From contig OZ024744.1 of assembly GCA_964016885.1 (NCBI GenBank), positions 45,508,001 through 45,572,000 of the forward strand: a DNA stretch of 64,000 nt. The letters are read 5' to 3'. Origin of the DNA: Eledone cirrhosa. Its lineage: Eukaryota. The notes under the pieces are model-generated. The model was not told the origin of the DNA and did not search any database. It saw nothing but the letters and a program-made list of their open reading frames with translations. Positions 38,601 through 51,707 of the stretch are shown one piece after another. Each line of letters opens with the position of its first letter. Position 1 is the first letter of the stretch. The translations under genes and the position numbers were made by a program.

Positions 38601-40500
38601 ATACTTTCACAAAAGGACAACAGATAACAATGTTGGCGATTAACATTACCCAGGTATACAAAATATCTAAGTATTTTTGTTGGTATGATAAGTAAATACA
38701 TTTGAATTAATATTTTTATACCTTCTGGTCATTCGATTTCGCCACATTTCTAATTATGGATTTGTAAAAACTGGCATGAATGTGAATTTAATCAGTCCAA
38801 TTGCCCGATTTTAGTGAAAAGTTTTGATTCGAAATGGAAATACTCCATTTCCGTGCCATGGAAAAAATGAATAAGCCGATCAAAAAGCCGCGAAACATCA
38901 TTTTTAATTAAGCGAAATTAGTGGATGCAAATCTCAGAAAATATTGTACACTATTCGCACCTATCGCACTATGCGCACCTATCGGTACAAAAATATAGCG
39001 CACTATTCGCACCTATCGGTACAAAAATATAGCGCACTATTCGCACCTATCGGTACAAAAAATCACACGACTGTTAATAATACTAGAAGTGCAAACTATC
39101 TGTTGAATACCTGGTATATGAAGAGCAACCGATACGATCGGTCGGCGATCGGTCTTGAAGAAGAATGAAGAATGAAGTGAAATTTTGGTCTGGTTGTTGT
39201 CATCGGTGTTTCGCAGAGATGCCGGCACGAACAAAGGTGTCAGTGACACAAAGTTGTCCGCTTGAACAAAGGTGTCGGTCCGACAAAGGTGTCAGTCAGA
39301 CAGTGTCACAGTCGGTGCTACAAAGCAATCGATGCGATTAAAAAAGATTTAACTCACATGTTTACCTATATTTTCCCAAACTATTGATAGATTGGTACAA
39401 AAAATAGCTTTGATAATAAACATAAATTTTTAACGAAGTATTTAAAAAGCATTTTAGCAGTGAAAAGTGAAGTAATGTTGCACACTGACGCAAGTAGGGC
39501 CGTTCAGAAATGACGTAGTCAATTAGGAGGATGGGATTCGGCGATTTGACTACATTTGACTAACGTAATCACAATCACAAGAGTTCCGCCGAAAAAAATT
39601 CGTCATTTCTGGATTACCTCCCCTAGCGTCACGCTTACTACTCACTCACTTGAACACAAGATTTGTCAGCAAACTTTGATTATAAACTTTTTCCCACTGG
39701 ACCAAATTTCTAGATTTTTAAGCCAAAAGATGCGTAATGATCTACTGTTCAGGCTCATATAAGTTTTATCTCAGTTAAATAAAGTAGAGCCGCGCTGTAC
39801 TGTCGTAAGCAGACGATTGCCAACGAAAACACGACCACAACAATATTACTAAACGGACTACCGTCCGTTTAGGATATGGAGGCACATGGCTTAGTGTTTA
39901 GAGAATTCGCCTTGCAATCGAACGGTTGAGAGTTCAATTCTCAGACCGGGTGATGTGTTGTTTCCTTGAGCAAGTCACTTTATTTCACATTGCTCCAGTT
40001 TACTCACCTGTACAAATGAGATGATAGGGACGGCGGTCCCTAGCATTCCACTGCAAAGTGGTCGTGGAGGTGCCATGGCATAAAAGCACCCAGCACTCAC
40101 TGTAAAAGGGGTTGGTGTTAGGAAGGGCATCCAGCTGAAGAAATCAAGCCAGAATCAGTTCCCGTCCCACCCTTGCAAGCAGGGAAAAAGCGGACGTAAA
40201 ATGAAATGATGAAATGATGATATATATATTCCGGTGACAGAGGGAGTTTGGTCCATTTATATTTGGACCTGGTGTATATATGTATATATCAGAGATAATG
40301 AATCTAATAACTGTTTCCTGTATTTGTAAATTTATTTGTATATATACATGTAGGTTTACTATGATTTTGTTTATATATTCTAGGTGACCATATTACAGTG
40401 TCCCCTCGCATTGCTTCAATAGAGAAAATATCAACTGAAAAGAGTAAGTTATAATTTAAACATCATCTAATAAGTTATTCAGTAATTTATCCTTTCTCTC

Positions 40501-40540
<40 letters not shown>

Positions 40541-43500
40541 AATTCACCTCAGGGACGAGAATGTGAGCACTCCTCATTCTTTCGGCCGCGGATGGCTAAC
40601 ATAACCCCATCTCCCCCCCCCGCTCCCCACCGCTCCCACCCTCCAAACGTAATCCAAAACTTCAGAGTTGGTACCATGAATGTAGGCACCTTAAAGGGTC
40701 GCTCTAACGAGGTTGTAGAAATGCTCGAACGTAAGGAGGTCGATGTTTGTTGTATTCAAGAGACCAGGTTGAGGGGTGGGTCTGCTAGATACATTGAGGG
40801 TAAAAAACGATGCTATAAGCTTTTCTGGGTGGGAAATGACAATGGTCTGGGTGGAGTAGGAATCATGGTAGCAGAAAGTGGGCAGATAAGATAATAGATG
40901 TAAATAGAGTGAACGACAGAATAATTAAAATAAGACTTGTCCTCAATAGAACTACGGTGATAGTAATATCTGCGTACGCACCCCAATCTGGACTGCCCGG
41001 CACTATAAAAGACAGATTCTATGAGACACTGATGCTCACTACCTCCCAAATAACCGACAGTGACTATATAATTATTGCAGGCGACCTAAATGGTCACGTT
41101 GGACAACATTGTGACGGCTACGACAAAATCCATGGAGGCTATGGGTTTGGTACTAGAAATGAGGAAGGCTCAAGAATCCTGGAATTCTGTAACGCAAATA
41201 ACAAACTATCTGTAACACTAACTTCAAAAAACGTGACAATCACCTGATCACTTATAGATCGGGGGAACACACAAGCCAGGTAGATTATATCCTTACCAGA
41301 AGACGTGACAGACTGTCTGTTGTAAACACTAAATCCCTCCCCTATGAAGAATGCACCTCCCAACATAGACTGATAATTAGCGACCTAATAGTCAGGACGA
41401 GACGTACTAGACAACAGAAGAGGACTATCCTCAGGAGAAAAATATGGAAGTTAAAGGACCCCACAGCCAGTAATAAATTTAAAAGCATACTACTTGATGC
41501 TTTCGACAGTAAGGAAGAGCAATTAGAGTCGTACAATATAGAGGAGCAGTGGGAATTCCTGAAAGCAAACCTGCTGATGGCGGCAGACGAAGTCTGTGGC
41601 TGGAGCAGGCCTGTAGGCAGGAGGACAGTAACATGGTGGTGGAACAGTAAGGTGGAGGGGTCAATTAAGGCCAAAAAGCAGGCTTGGAAAGTATGGCGGG
41701 ATGGGGGAAGTAGAGAAGACTATCAAGTGGCCAGGAGGGAAGCTAGGAGACAAGTGTACTTCGCAAGAAGAGAAGCAGAGGAAAGAAAGTTCAAGCATGT
41801 TCTACAACGCGAGGACCAAAAACGTGAGGTGTTCAGGATTGCTAGGCAATGTGTCAATGAAAACCGTGATATTGTCGGGGAGAAGTGTGTACTAAATGAT
41901 GACGGCGTACTTGCCATCACCGACGCTGATAAGAAGGTAGCTTGGAAGTGTCACTATGAAAGGCTACTAAATGAGGAGAATAAATGGGAGAAAGACAGTC
42001 TCCCCCACATCGACTCAATAGAGGGACCAGCAGTGTTAGTCGAGGGTAGTATAATAAGTAAGGCAATCAAGGATATGAAGACGGGTAAGGCAGCTGGGCC
42101 TTCGGAAATAGTTGCTGAGATGCTGAAGGCATCTGGCACGGTGGGACACACCATGGTCACCCGGATAGTTAACCAAGTCATACAGAATGGGGTTGTTCCG
42201 AAGGACTGGCGTAGCAGCATCATTGTTAACTGTTATAAGGGTAAAGGAGATGCCCTAGATAGGAGTAACTATAGAGGCATTAAATTAATCGACCAGGTCA
42301 TGAAGGTCACGGAAAAAGTAATAGCGCAACTAATCAGAGAGAGAATTGACCTCGATGAAATGCAGTTCGGGTTTGTGTCAGGCAAAAGTACCACAGACGC
42401 TCTTTTCATTGTACGACAACTACAGGAGCAGTACCTAGCTAAAAGTAAACCCCTATACTTAGCTTTTGTCGACTTGGAGAAAGCCTTCGACAGAGTCCCC
42501 CGTTCCATTATCTGGTGGGCTCTTAGAAAACTAGGTGTTGACGAATGGCTTGTGAGAGATATAGAAGCCATGTATAAAGAAACAGTCAGCAAGGTTAGAA
42601 TTAACAACGAATATAGTGAAGAGTTTAGCGTAAAAGTTGGCGTCCATCAGGGCTCTGTTCTAAGACCCCTACTATTTATTATTGCCCTTCAGGCTATAAC
42701 AGAGGAGTTCAAGACCGGCTGCCCAAGGGAACTCCTATATGCAGATGACCTAACACTCATAGCTGAATCAAAGGCCGAGCTAGAGAAGAAATTCCAAACA
42801 TGGAAGCACAGCCTAGAATCAAAAGGCCTTAAAATTAATCTGGCTAAGACCAAAGTTCTAGTTTGTAGGAAAGAAAATAAGGCGGCGGTCGCTTCCGGGA
42901 AGTGGCCATGCTCAGTGTGTAGGAAAGGCGTAGGTAGAAACTCCATTTTGTGTCCGAAATGCAAAGTATGTGTGCATAAAAGATGTAGTGGGATCACAGG
43001 TAAGCTAACTAAGAACATAGATTTCACATGTGGCCGGTGCTCTGGTGCAATAAGTAGCAGCAAGTGCCCACAAAATACTAGCTCTTTCAACTGTGCAGAG
43101 GGTTCTATAGAAATAGTGGACAGCTTCCGTTACCTGGGTGACAAAATCATATATATATGCCAGGGACAGAGGGAGTTTGGTCCATATGTGTTTCGACCTG
43201 GTGTATATATGTCTATATCAGCGATAATGAATGTAATAACTGTTTCCTGTATTTGTAATGTTATTTGTATATATACATGTAGGTTTACTGTGATTTTGTT
43301 TATATATTCTAGGTGACCATATTACACAGTCCCCTCGCATTGCTTCAATGGAGCCAAAATCAACTAAAAAGGGTAAGTTATAATTTGAACATCATCTAAT
43401 AAGTTATTCAGTAATTTATCCTTTCTCTCTACATATAAATATATGTATATATATATATATATATTCCGGGGACAGAGGGAGTTTGGTCCATTTCTGTTTG

Positions 43501-46500
43501 GACCTGGTGTATATATGTATAAATCAGAGATAATGAATCTAATAACTGTTTCCCATATTTGTAAATTTATTTGTATATATACATGTAGGTTTACTATGAT
43601 TTTGTTTATATATTCTAGGTGACCATATTACAGTGTCCCCTTGCATTGCTTCAATAGAGAAAATATCAACTGAAAAGGGTAAGTTATAATTTGAACATCA
43701 TCTAATAAGTTATTCAGTAATTTATCCTTTCTCTCTATATATAAATATATGTATATATATATAAAGAATTAAAAAGAACAGAAAGATGCAGTAAAAGAGA
43801 TTTATTCGGTTCTTACGTACGTTTCAATAGACATCAATTTGCCTAGATCTCGCTACATCTATAATATTATATATAATGTATATATATATATATATATATA
43901 TGCCAGCGATAGAGGCGGTTTGGTCCATTTGTGTTTGGAACTGGTGTATATAAATATATATATCAGAGATAATGAATGTATTAACTGTTTCCTGTTTTTG
44001 TAATGTTATTTGTATATTGGTGGAGGGTGCTCTGAAAGTACTGTAGCTAGAGTCAGAACTGGATGGAAAAAGTTCAGAGAGCTTATACCACTATTAGCCG
44101 CTAAAGGGTTCTCCCTAAAAATGAAAGGCAGGTTGTACGATACCTGCATACGAACAGCAATGTTGCATGGCAGTGAGACCAGGGCATTGTGTGCAGAGGA
44201 TATACGCAGACTAGAGAGGAACGAAGATTGCATGCTCCGCTGGATGTGTAATAGTAATATACGTGAACGGCAAAGCATAAACGAACTAAGGAAAAAATTA
44301 GAATTAAGAGGGATCAGATGTTGTTTACTCGAGAGAAGGCTACGTTGGTATGGACACGTGATGCGCATGAAAGACGATAGCTGTATAACAAAGTGCAGGG
44401 CAATAAAGATAGACGGTAGCCACGGAATAGGCAGACCCAGAAAAACCTGGGACGAGCTGATAAACTCCGACCTCACACACTGGACCGAGACCTTTGGCGG
44501 TACTCAGTAATAGAGAAGACCCGCCTTACCTAAATACATAGTAAAACCTACTACAGTCAGTAGGCATCTCTAACAAAATACCCCCCCCCCCCCCCATCCA
44601 CACCACCGCATTCTATGTAAAGTTATGTTGGTGCCACACCATCCAGGCCGAAACAAATGAGATTGTGTAGGTGTCACGACAAAAAAACACACAGTCCATG
44701 CTGTAATGTGGCTGTGTAGGCAACACGGTAAAAACCTCCCAGACCCACACTGTAAATGTGGTTGGTGTTAGGAAGGGCATCAACCCTAAAATTGGAATGA
44801 GAAATGGGATGACGAATAACAAACCCCCAGGTAATAATAACCCTATCAACTCCACTAGAACCCCTAGAAAGAATAGGCATAGAAATATCACCTGGCTTAA
44901 CCCATCATCCTCCTCTAATCTAGCCACTAATATCCCCAATCGCTTCTTCTCTATCCTATCCAAACACTTCCCCCCTAACCATAGATATTACAAACTCTTT
45001 AATAATAAAAACATTAAAATCTCATTCTCCACTACACCTAACCTAGCTAGCCACATCGCGTTCAGTAACCATCATAAGCTAAGACACCATAACTCCCACA
45101 CCGCGGTACCACCACCCCTATCAAATACACCACGCCACTACACCAATAATTACTCTAGTAGCACACCTCCCCCATCTAATCCTTCTAGCACGGACCAACT
45201 GCTTATGTTAAATAACCCTACTCTCACTAACCGCAGAAGCAACTGCAACTGCCGCTACCCCAATGCATGCCCATTAAATGGACACTGACTGACACCCAAC
45301 ATAGTCTATAGGTGCACAGTTGAGACTGCTTCGAATACCAGCTCTTACATCGGGTCTACCTCTAACCCTTTTAAGGTACGCTATAACGCGCACTCTTTTT
45401 CCTTCCGAGACCCTAGCAGCAGATGTTCGACATCGCTAGCTAGGCTCCTTAAAAACCTTAAATTAAACAAAGTTCAACACTCACTAAAATGGGATATCGT
45501 AGCTAGGGCACAACCGTTCAATGGACGAAGGAAATCTTGTGATCTCTGTGTTACGGAAGCGTATTACATAACTCTATCAAGACCTCTACCAATTAACGAT
45601 AGAACGGAGGTAACCATTAGCTGTCAACATCAAAGGGCTAATTCCTTCGCCAATAGAGTTTTTGACCCAACTTAGTCATGTAGCCCCATCTCTAATTGTA
45701 GCTAATAAGTTAAATTGCTATGAACAACTCGATAATTATAAGTTACCTCCCCTACATTGTCTCTCAATTAAATAATTTAAATACTAGCACTTAACTATAA
45801 AGTACACACAATCTCTAATCTCCCAAGAAGTTACTTCCCCTGAAACAACCCTCTAATTAGTAAGGTAAATATGCCCTTTGGCAGCCATCTTGTTACCCAT
45901 AGGCAGATCTCACACAATGCAGCCTCGACAGATGAGTACTGCTTGATTATGGCTGACAGCTGATGAAACAAAGGCAGCATAGTAAAAACTAATATATGGA
46001 ACATTATATTATGTAACATTATTTTAATTTATATTCCTTTCAGTTCCGATGAGCCACTCTGTTTTTTTAAATATGTTAATTATTTTCAACTGAACCAGAT
46101 CAATTATGATACATAGTCATCTGATCCAGAAATATTATACGGAGTAGCGAAACAATTGTAAACGGGCATTATTATTATTAATATAATTATTATTATTATT
46201 CTCTACATTCCTTACATCAAACTAAATATGTTGACAATCTTTTAATAATGTCTTCCTTGTGAAATTTGTGGTCTTGTTTTGCTTAACTAATGAATATATA
46301 TATATATATATATGCCAGGGATAGAGGGAGTTTGGTCCATTTGTGTTTGGACCTGGTGTATATATGTATATATCAGAGATAATGAATGTAGTAACTGTTT
46401 CCTGTATTTGTAATGTTATTTGTATATATTCATGTAGGTTTACTATGATTTTGTTTATATATTCTAGGTGACCATCTTACAGTGTCCCCTCGCAATGCTT

Positions 46501-47552
46501 CAATGGAGCCAAAATCAACTAAAAAGGGTAAGTTATAATTTGAACATCATCTAATAAGTTATTCAGTAATTTATCCTTTCTCTCTATATATAAATATATG
46601 TATATGGAGGCACATGGCTTAGTGGTTAGAGCATTAGCCTTGAAATCGAAAGGTTGTGAGTTCAATTTTTAGACCGGATGATGTGTTGTTTCTTTGAGCA
46701 AGTCACTTTATTTCACATTGCTCCAGTTTACTCAGCTGTAGAAATGAGATGATAGGGACTGCGGTCCCTATCATTCCACTGCAAAGTGGTCGTGGAGGTG
46801 CCACAGCATAAAAGCACCCAGCACTCACTGTAAATGGGGTTGGTGTTAGGAAGGGTATCCAGCTATAGAAATCATACCAGATTCAGTTCCCGTCCCACCC
46901 TTGCAAGCAGGGAAAAAGCGTACGTAAAATGAAATGATGATGATGAAATGATGATATATATATATATATATTCCGGTGACAGAGGGAGTTTGGTCCATTT
47001 ATGTTTGGACCTGGTGTATATATGTATATATCAGAAATATTGAATCTAATAACTGTTTCCTGTATTTGTAAATTTATTTGTATATATACATGTAGGTTTA
47101 CTATGATTTTGTTTATATATTCTAGGTGACCATATTACAGTGTCCCCTCGCATTGCTTCAATGGAGCCAAAATCAACTGAACAGGGTAAGTTATAATTTG
47201 AACATCATCTAATAAGTTATTCAGTAATTTACCCTTTCTCTCTATATATAAATATATGTTTATATATATATATACATATATATGCCAGGGATAGAGGGGG
47301 TTTGGTCCATTTGTGTTTGGACCTGGTGTATATATATATATCAGTGATAATGAATGTAATAACTGTTTCCTGTATTTGTAATGTTATTTGTATATATACA
47401 TGTAGGTTTACTATGATTTTGTTTATATATTCTAGGTGACCATATTACAGTGTCCCCTCGCATTGCTTCAATGGAGCCAAAAGCAACTAAAAATGGTAAG
47501 TTATAATTTGAACATCATCTAATAAGTTATTCAGAAATTTATCCTTTCTCTC

Positions 47553-47589
<37 letters not shown>

Positions 47590-50500
47590 CATCATCATCA
47601 TCATCATCAACGTTTAACGTCCGTGTTCCACGCTTGCATGGGTTTGGACGGGGGTAGTCCCACTTGAGGCAAGAGTGATTGTCTTGCTCGCATAGGACTG
47701 TCTGGCAGGTTTTCTACAGTTGGATGCCCTTCCTAACACCAACCACATTTACAGTGTGGGTCTGGGAGGTTTTTACCGTGTTGCCTACACGGCCACATTA
47801 CAGCGTGGACTGTGTGTTTTTTTGTCGTGACACCTACACGATCTCATTTGTTTCGGCCTGGATGGCGCGGCACCAACATAACTTTACATAGAACGGGGTG
47901 GTGTGGATGGGGTGGGGGTGGTGGCGGGACGGGGTGTATTTTGTTAGAGATGCCTACTGGCAAGGCGGGTCTTCTCTGTTACTGAGTACCGCCAAAGGTC
48001 ACGGTCCAGTGACATTGTCTTGGAGAGGTGTAAGTGTGTGAGGTCGGAGTTTATCAGCTCATCCCATGTTTTTCTAGGTCTGCCTATTCCGTGGCTACCG
48101 TCTATCTTTATTGCCCTGCACTTTGTAATACAGCTATCGACTTTCATGCGCATCACGTGTCCATACCAACGCAGCCTTCTCTCGAGTAAACAACATCTGA
48201 TCCCTCTTATCTCTAATTTTTTCCTTAGTTCGTTTATGCTTTGCCGTTCACGTATATTACTGTTACACATCCAGCGGAGCATGCAAGCTTCGTTCCTCTC
48301 TAGTCTGCGTATATCCTCTGCACACAATGCCCAGGTCTCACTACCATGCAACATTGCTGTTCGTATGCAGGCATCGTACAACCTGCCTTTCATTTTTAGG
48401 GAGAACCCTTTAGCAGCTAATAGTGGTATAAGCTCTCTGAACTTTTTCCAACCAGTTCTGACTCTAGCTACAGTACTTTCAGAGCACCCTCCCCCACTGC
48501 TGATTTTATCGCCCAGGTAACGGAAGCTGTCCACTATTTCTATAGAACCCTCTGCGCAATTGAAAGAGCTAGTATTTTGAGGGCACTTGCTGCTACTTAT
48601 TGCACCAGAACACCGGCCACATGTAAAGTCTATGTTCTTAGTTAGCTTACCTGTGATCCCACTACATCTTTTATGCACCCATACTTTGCATTTAGGACAT
48701 AAGATGGAGTTTCTACCTACGCCTTTCCTACATACCGAGCACGACCATTTCCCAGAAGGGACCGCCGCCTTGTTTTCTTTCCTACAAACTAGAACTTTGG
48801 TCTTAGCCAGGTTAATTTTAAGTCCTTTTGACTCTAGGCTGTGCTTCCATGTTTGGAATTTCTTCTCTAGCTCGGCCATTGATTCCGCTATGAGTGTCAG
48901 GTCGTCTGCGTATAGGAGTTCCCATGGGCAGCCTGTCTTGAACTCCTCTGTTATAGCCTGAAGGGCAATAATAAATAGTAGGGGGCTGAGAACAGAGCCC
49001 TGATGGACGCCAACTTTTACGCTAAACTCTTCACTATATTCGTTGTTAATTCTAACCTTGCTGACTGTTTCTTTATACATGGCTTGTATAGCCCTCACAA
49101 GCCATTCGTCAACGCCTAGTTTTCTAAGAGCCCACCAGATAATGGAGCGGGGGACTCTGTCGAAGGCTTTCTCCAGGTCGACAAAAGCTAAGTAGAGGGG
49201 TTTACCTTTAGCTAGGTACTTCTCCTGTAGTTGTCGTACTATGAAAAGAGCGTCTGTGGTGCTTTTGCCTGACACAAACCCGAACTGCATTTCATCTAGA
49301 TCAATTCTCTCTCTGATTAGTTGCGCTATTACTTTTGATATATATATATATATATATAATGTAGGAGGTGAGTTTTATTGTAGTACAATAAAGCAATGCA
49401 GATATCGGATAAGTAGCATTCTACAGTTTGTAGGACTGGAGTATAAATAATATATAAGATCAAAAGATGGTTAAAAGAGTTCCATGTATTTTATTATGCG
49501 CATTTCAAAAACAAATATCATCATGCAATAACATTTGTGTTTTCGTCAGATAAAATAGGGTGACATGATATGACACACTTGTGAATAGTGCAGTTTTAAA
49601 TCAACATATGAAAAGTAGTTTTAGATTGATGTGTGATATTTTGAAAAAAAAATTGAGGGGGGTGGGGGTGGAAAGGATGGAAAAGAGGAGGAGATGAGAG
49701 TAAAAAGTGGGGGGGGGGAGTATAATGAGGAAGGATGAGATAGGATGAGAGATGGGTGATAGAGAGAGAGAGATAGCTTTTATAACTGAGAAAAATATAT
49801 TGTTTTACATAGAGAGGTTGAAAACCGTTGGAAGATAATATATAAATTAAAAGAATTTGAAAATTAACGAAGAGAAAAATTTTAGAATAATGTTAAATTA
49901 AGGTTTGTATATTTAAGGGTTTAATAATATGTGCGATGGAAATAAATTGTTGATATGTATTATTAAACAATATAAAAATATAGCAATAGTAATGTAATTA
50001 AGGATATATTGTGAAAGAAGTAGAAGAGTGGATGAATAAGTTAGATGAGCATGAAAGGGAGAAAAAAATAATGAATTGAGGATGAATAATCTAACGTCAA
50101 AAAAATGTTTATGTTTACGAAGGATTTTTTCAAGGTGATATGAAGTAAGAATATATTGTGCTGAGTAATAATGATAATTGAGAAGTATCTAGGAAGAAAA
50201 AGTACAGATTAGAGGTTAGAAATTAAAAGAAAAAGAAAAAAGGAAAAAAGAAAGAAAGGGAAGTGATAAATAGGAGTGATATAGAATGAGTAACTAGTAT
50301 TATATAATGTATAATAAATAACATTGAAATAAGGTAGAAAGATGGGTATATTTTTAAAGAAATATATATGTATATATATATATATATATGTGCCTTTGAG
50401 AAAAGGATTTTAAATTGATAAAGTATTAGATATTAGCTGTATACTTTATGGAATGTTCTGTGGAATTTATGCAAGCAGAGAGAAAACAAGTCAGCGCGTC

Positions 50501-51664
50501 TATTTATTATAGAATCTAAATTAGATGTAATGGTAAATTTTTCACATAAACAGAGATTGCATGTCTTGGATAGAGAACTATTCAAGTATGGAGAAGCAGA
50601 ACAAACCTTCTTTCAAGAGATGTTATAGTTAATATTTTTGTCTTTCAAGGACCATATGAGTTCTGAGAGTGCTGTGTTGGTTCTTTTAAGTTGGTATTTA
50701 AAAGACGAATGATGATTATAAACACGAGCTTTAAAGGAGGTGGAAGTGGAGCCAAAATAGGTAAAGGAATCGGTGTCAGTTATAACTTTACATTCGTAGA
50801 TTAAGTTTTTTTCAAGACAATGGTTGTTGAGAGGACATTTATTTTTAACAGGGCAATTGCAATTGCGATTAGAGAAATTAACAGAGTTATTAACAAGTGA
50901 CCTAGTGTTATCTATAGAAGGAATTGGATTGGAGAAGTTATTTACGATAGGAATAATAGTTTCTTGATTTTGAATGGGATTAAGAACATTTAACGAAGTT
51001 GCGTTTGACATTGTATTTGGGTTTGCAGAAATTAGCCTAGAGTTAACAATGACGTCGGGAGTACTATTACTATTATTATGATATTCAGTGTTGGAAGGAA
51101 GAGATTTAGTATTTAGTATTTTATTGTTGTGTTTAGAGATAATGTTGGAGATGTTGGAGGTCGAATAGGAAAATTTTATATTTTATTATTAAACCCTTAA
51201 ATATACAAACCTTAATTTAACATTATTCTAAAATTTTTCTCTTCGTTAATTTTAAAAATTCTTTTAATTTATATATTATCTTCCAACGGTTTTTCAACCT
51301 CTCTATGTAAAACAATATATTTTTCTCAGTTATAAAAGCTATCTCTCTCTCTCACCCATCTCTCCTCCTATCTCATCCTTCCTCATTATACTCCTCCCCC
51401 TCCACTTTTTACTCTCATCTCCTCCCCTTTTTCATACCCCCCCCCCCACCCCCAGTCAATTTTTTTTTCCCAATATCAAAAATCAATCTAAAACTACTTT
51501 TCATATGTTGATTTAAAACTGCACTATTCACAAGTGTGTTTTAACCTTCATATCATGTCTCCCTATTTTATCTGACGAAAACGCAAATGTTATTGCATGA
51601 TGATATTTGTTTTTGAAATGCGCATAATAAAATACATGGAACTCTTTTAACCATCTTTTGATCT

Positions 51665-51707
<43 letters not shown>

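Larger units (their letters stand above)
36275..39874 (-). mobile_element. Non-autonomous Helitron-like element (3.6 kb) with gene cargo
   Basis: On the minus strand it starts TC and ends CTGG, inserted between A and T with no TSD; joining the flanks recreates the empty site ATATATGTA^TATGGAGG seen at 46594-46610; no Rep/helicase seen. Confidence 0.7.
49340..51672 (-). mobile_element. Penelope-like element (GIY-YIG fragment ~50420-51170) with an inverted 5' copy of its 3' region
   Basis: CNCPVKNKCPLNNHCL..LIYECKV..TYFGSTSTSFKARVYNH; 49448-49930 is the reverse complement of 51182-51672. Confidence 0.9.

Noticed and set aside
41577-43316. 579-aa ORF as an intact or domesticated RT gene
   Set aside because: Upstream APE is frameshifted, the C-terminus is lost, and the last ~55 aa are read-through into cassette DNA.
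46605-46680. tRNA gene suggested by A and B boxes
   Set aside because: No complete cloverleaf; it continues into a SINE body and LINE-derived tail in five copies.
48020-48961. Recurrent antisense ORFs over RTE copies
   Set aside because: Shadow frames of the same repeated coding sequence; recurrence reflects copy number.
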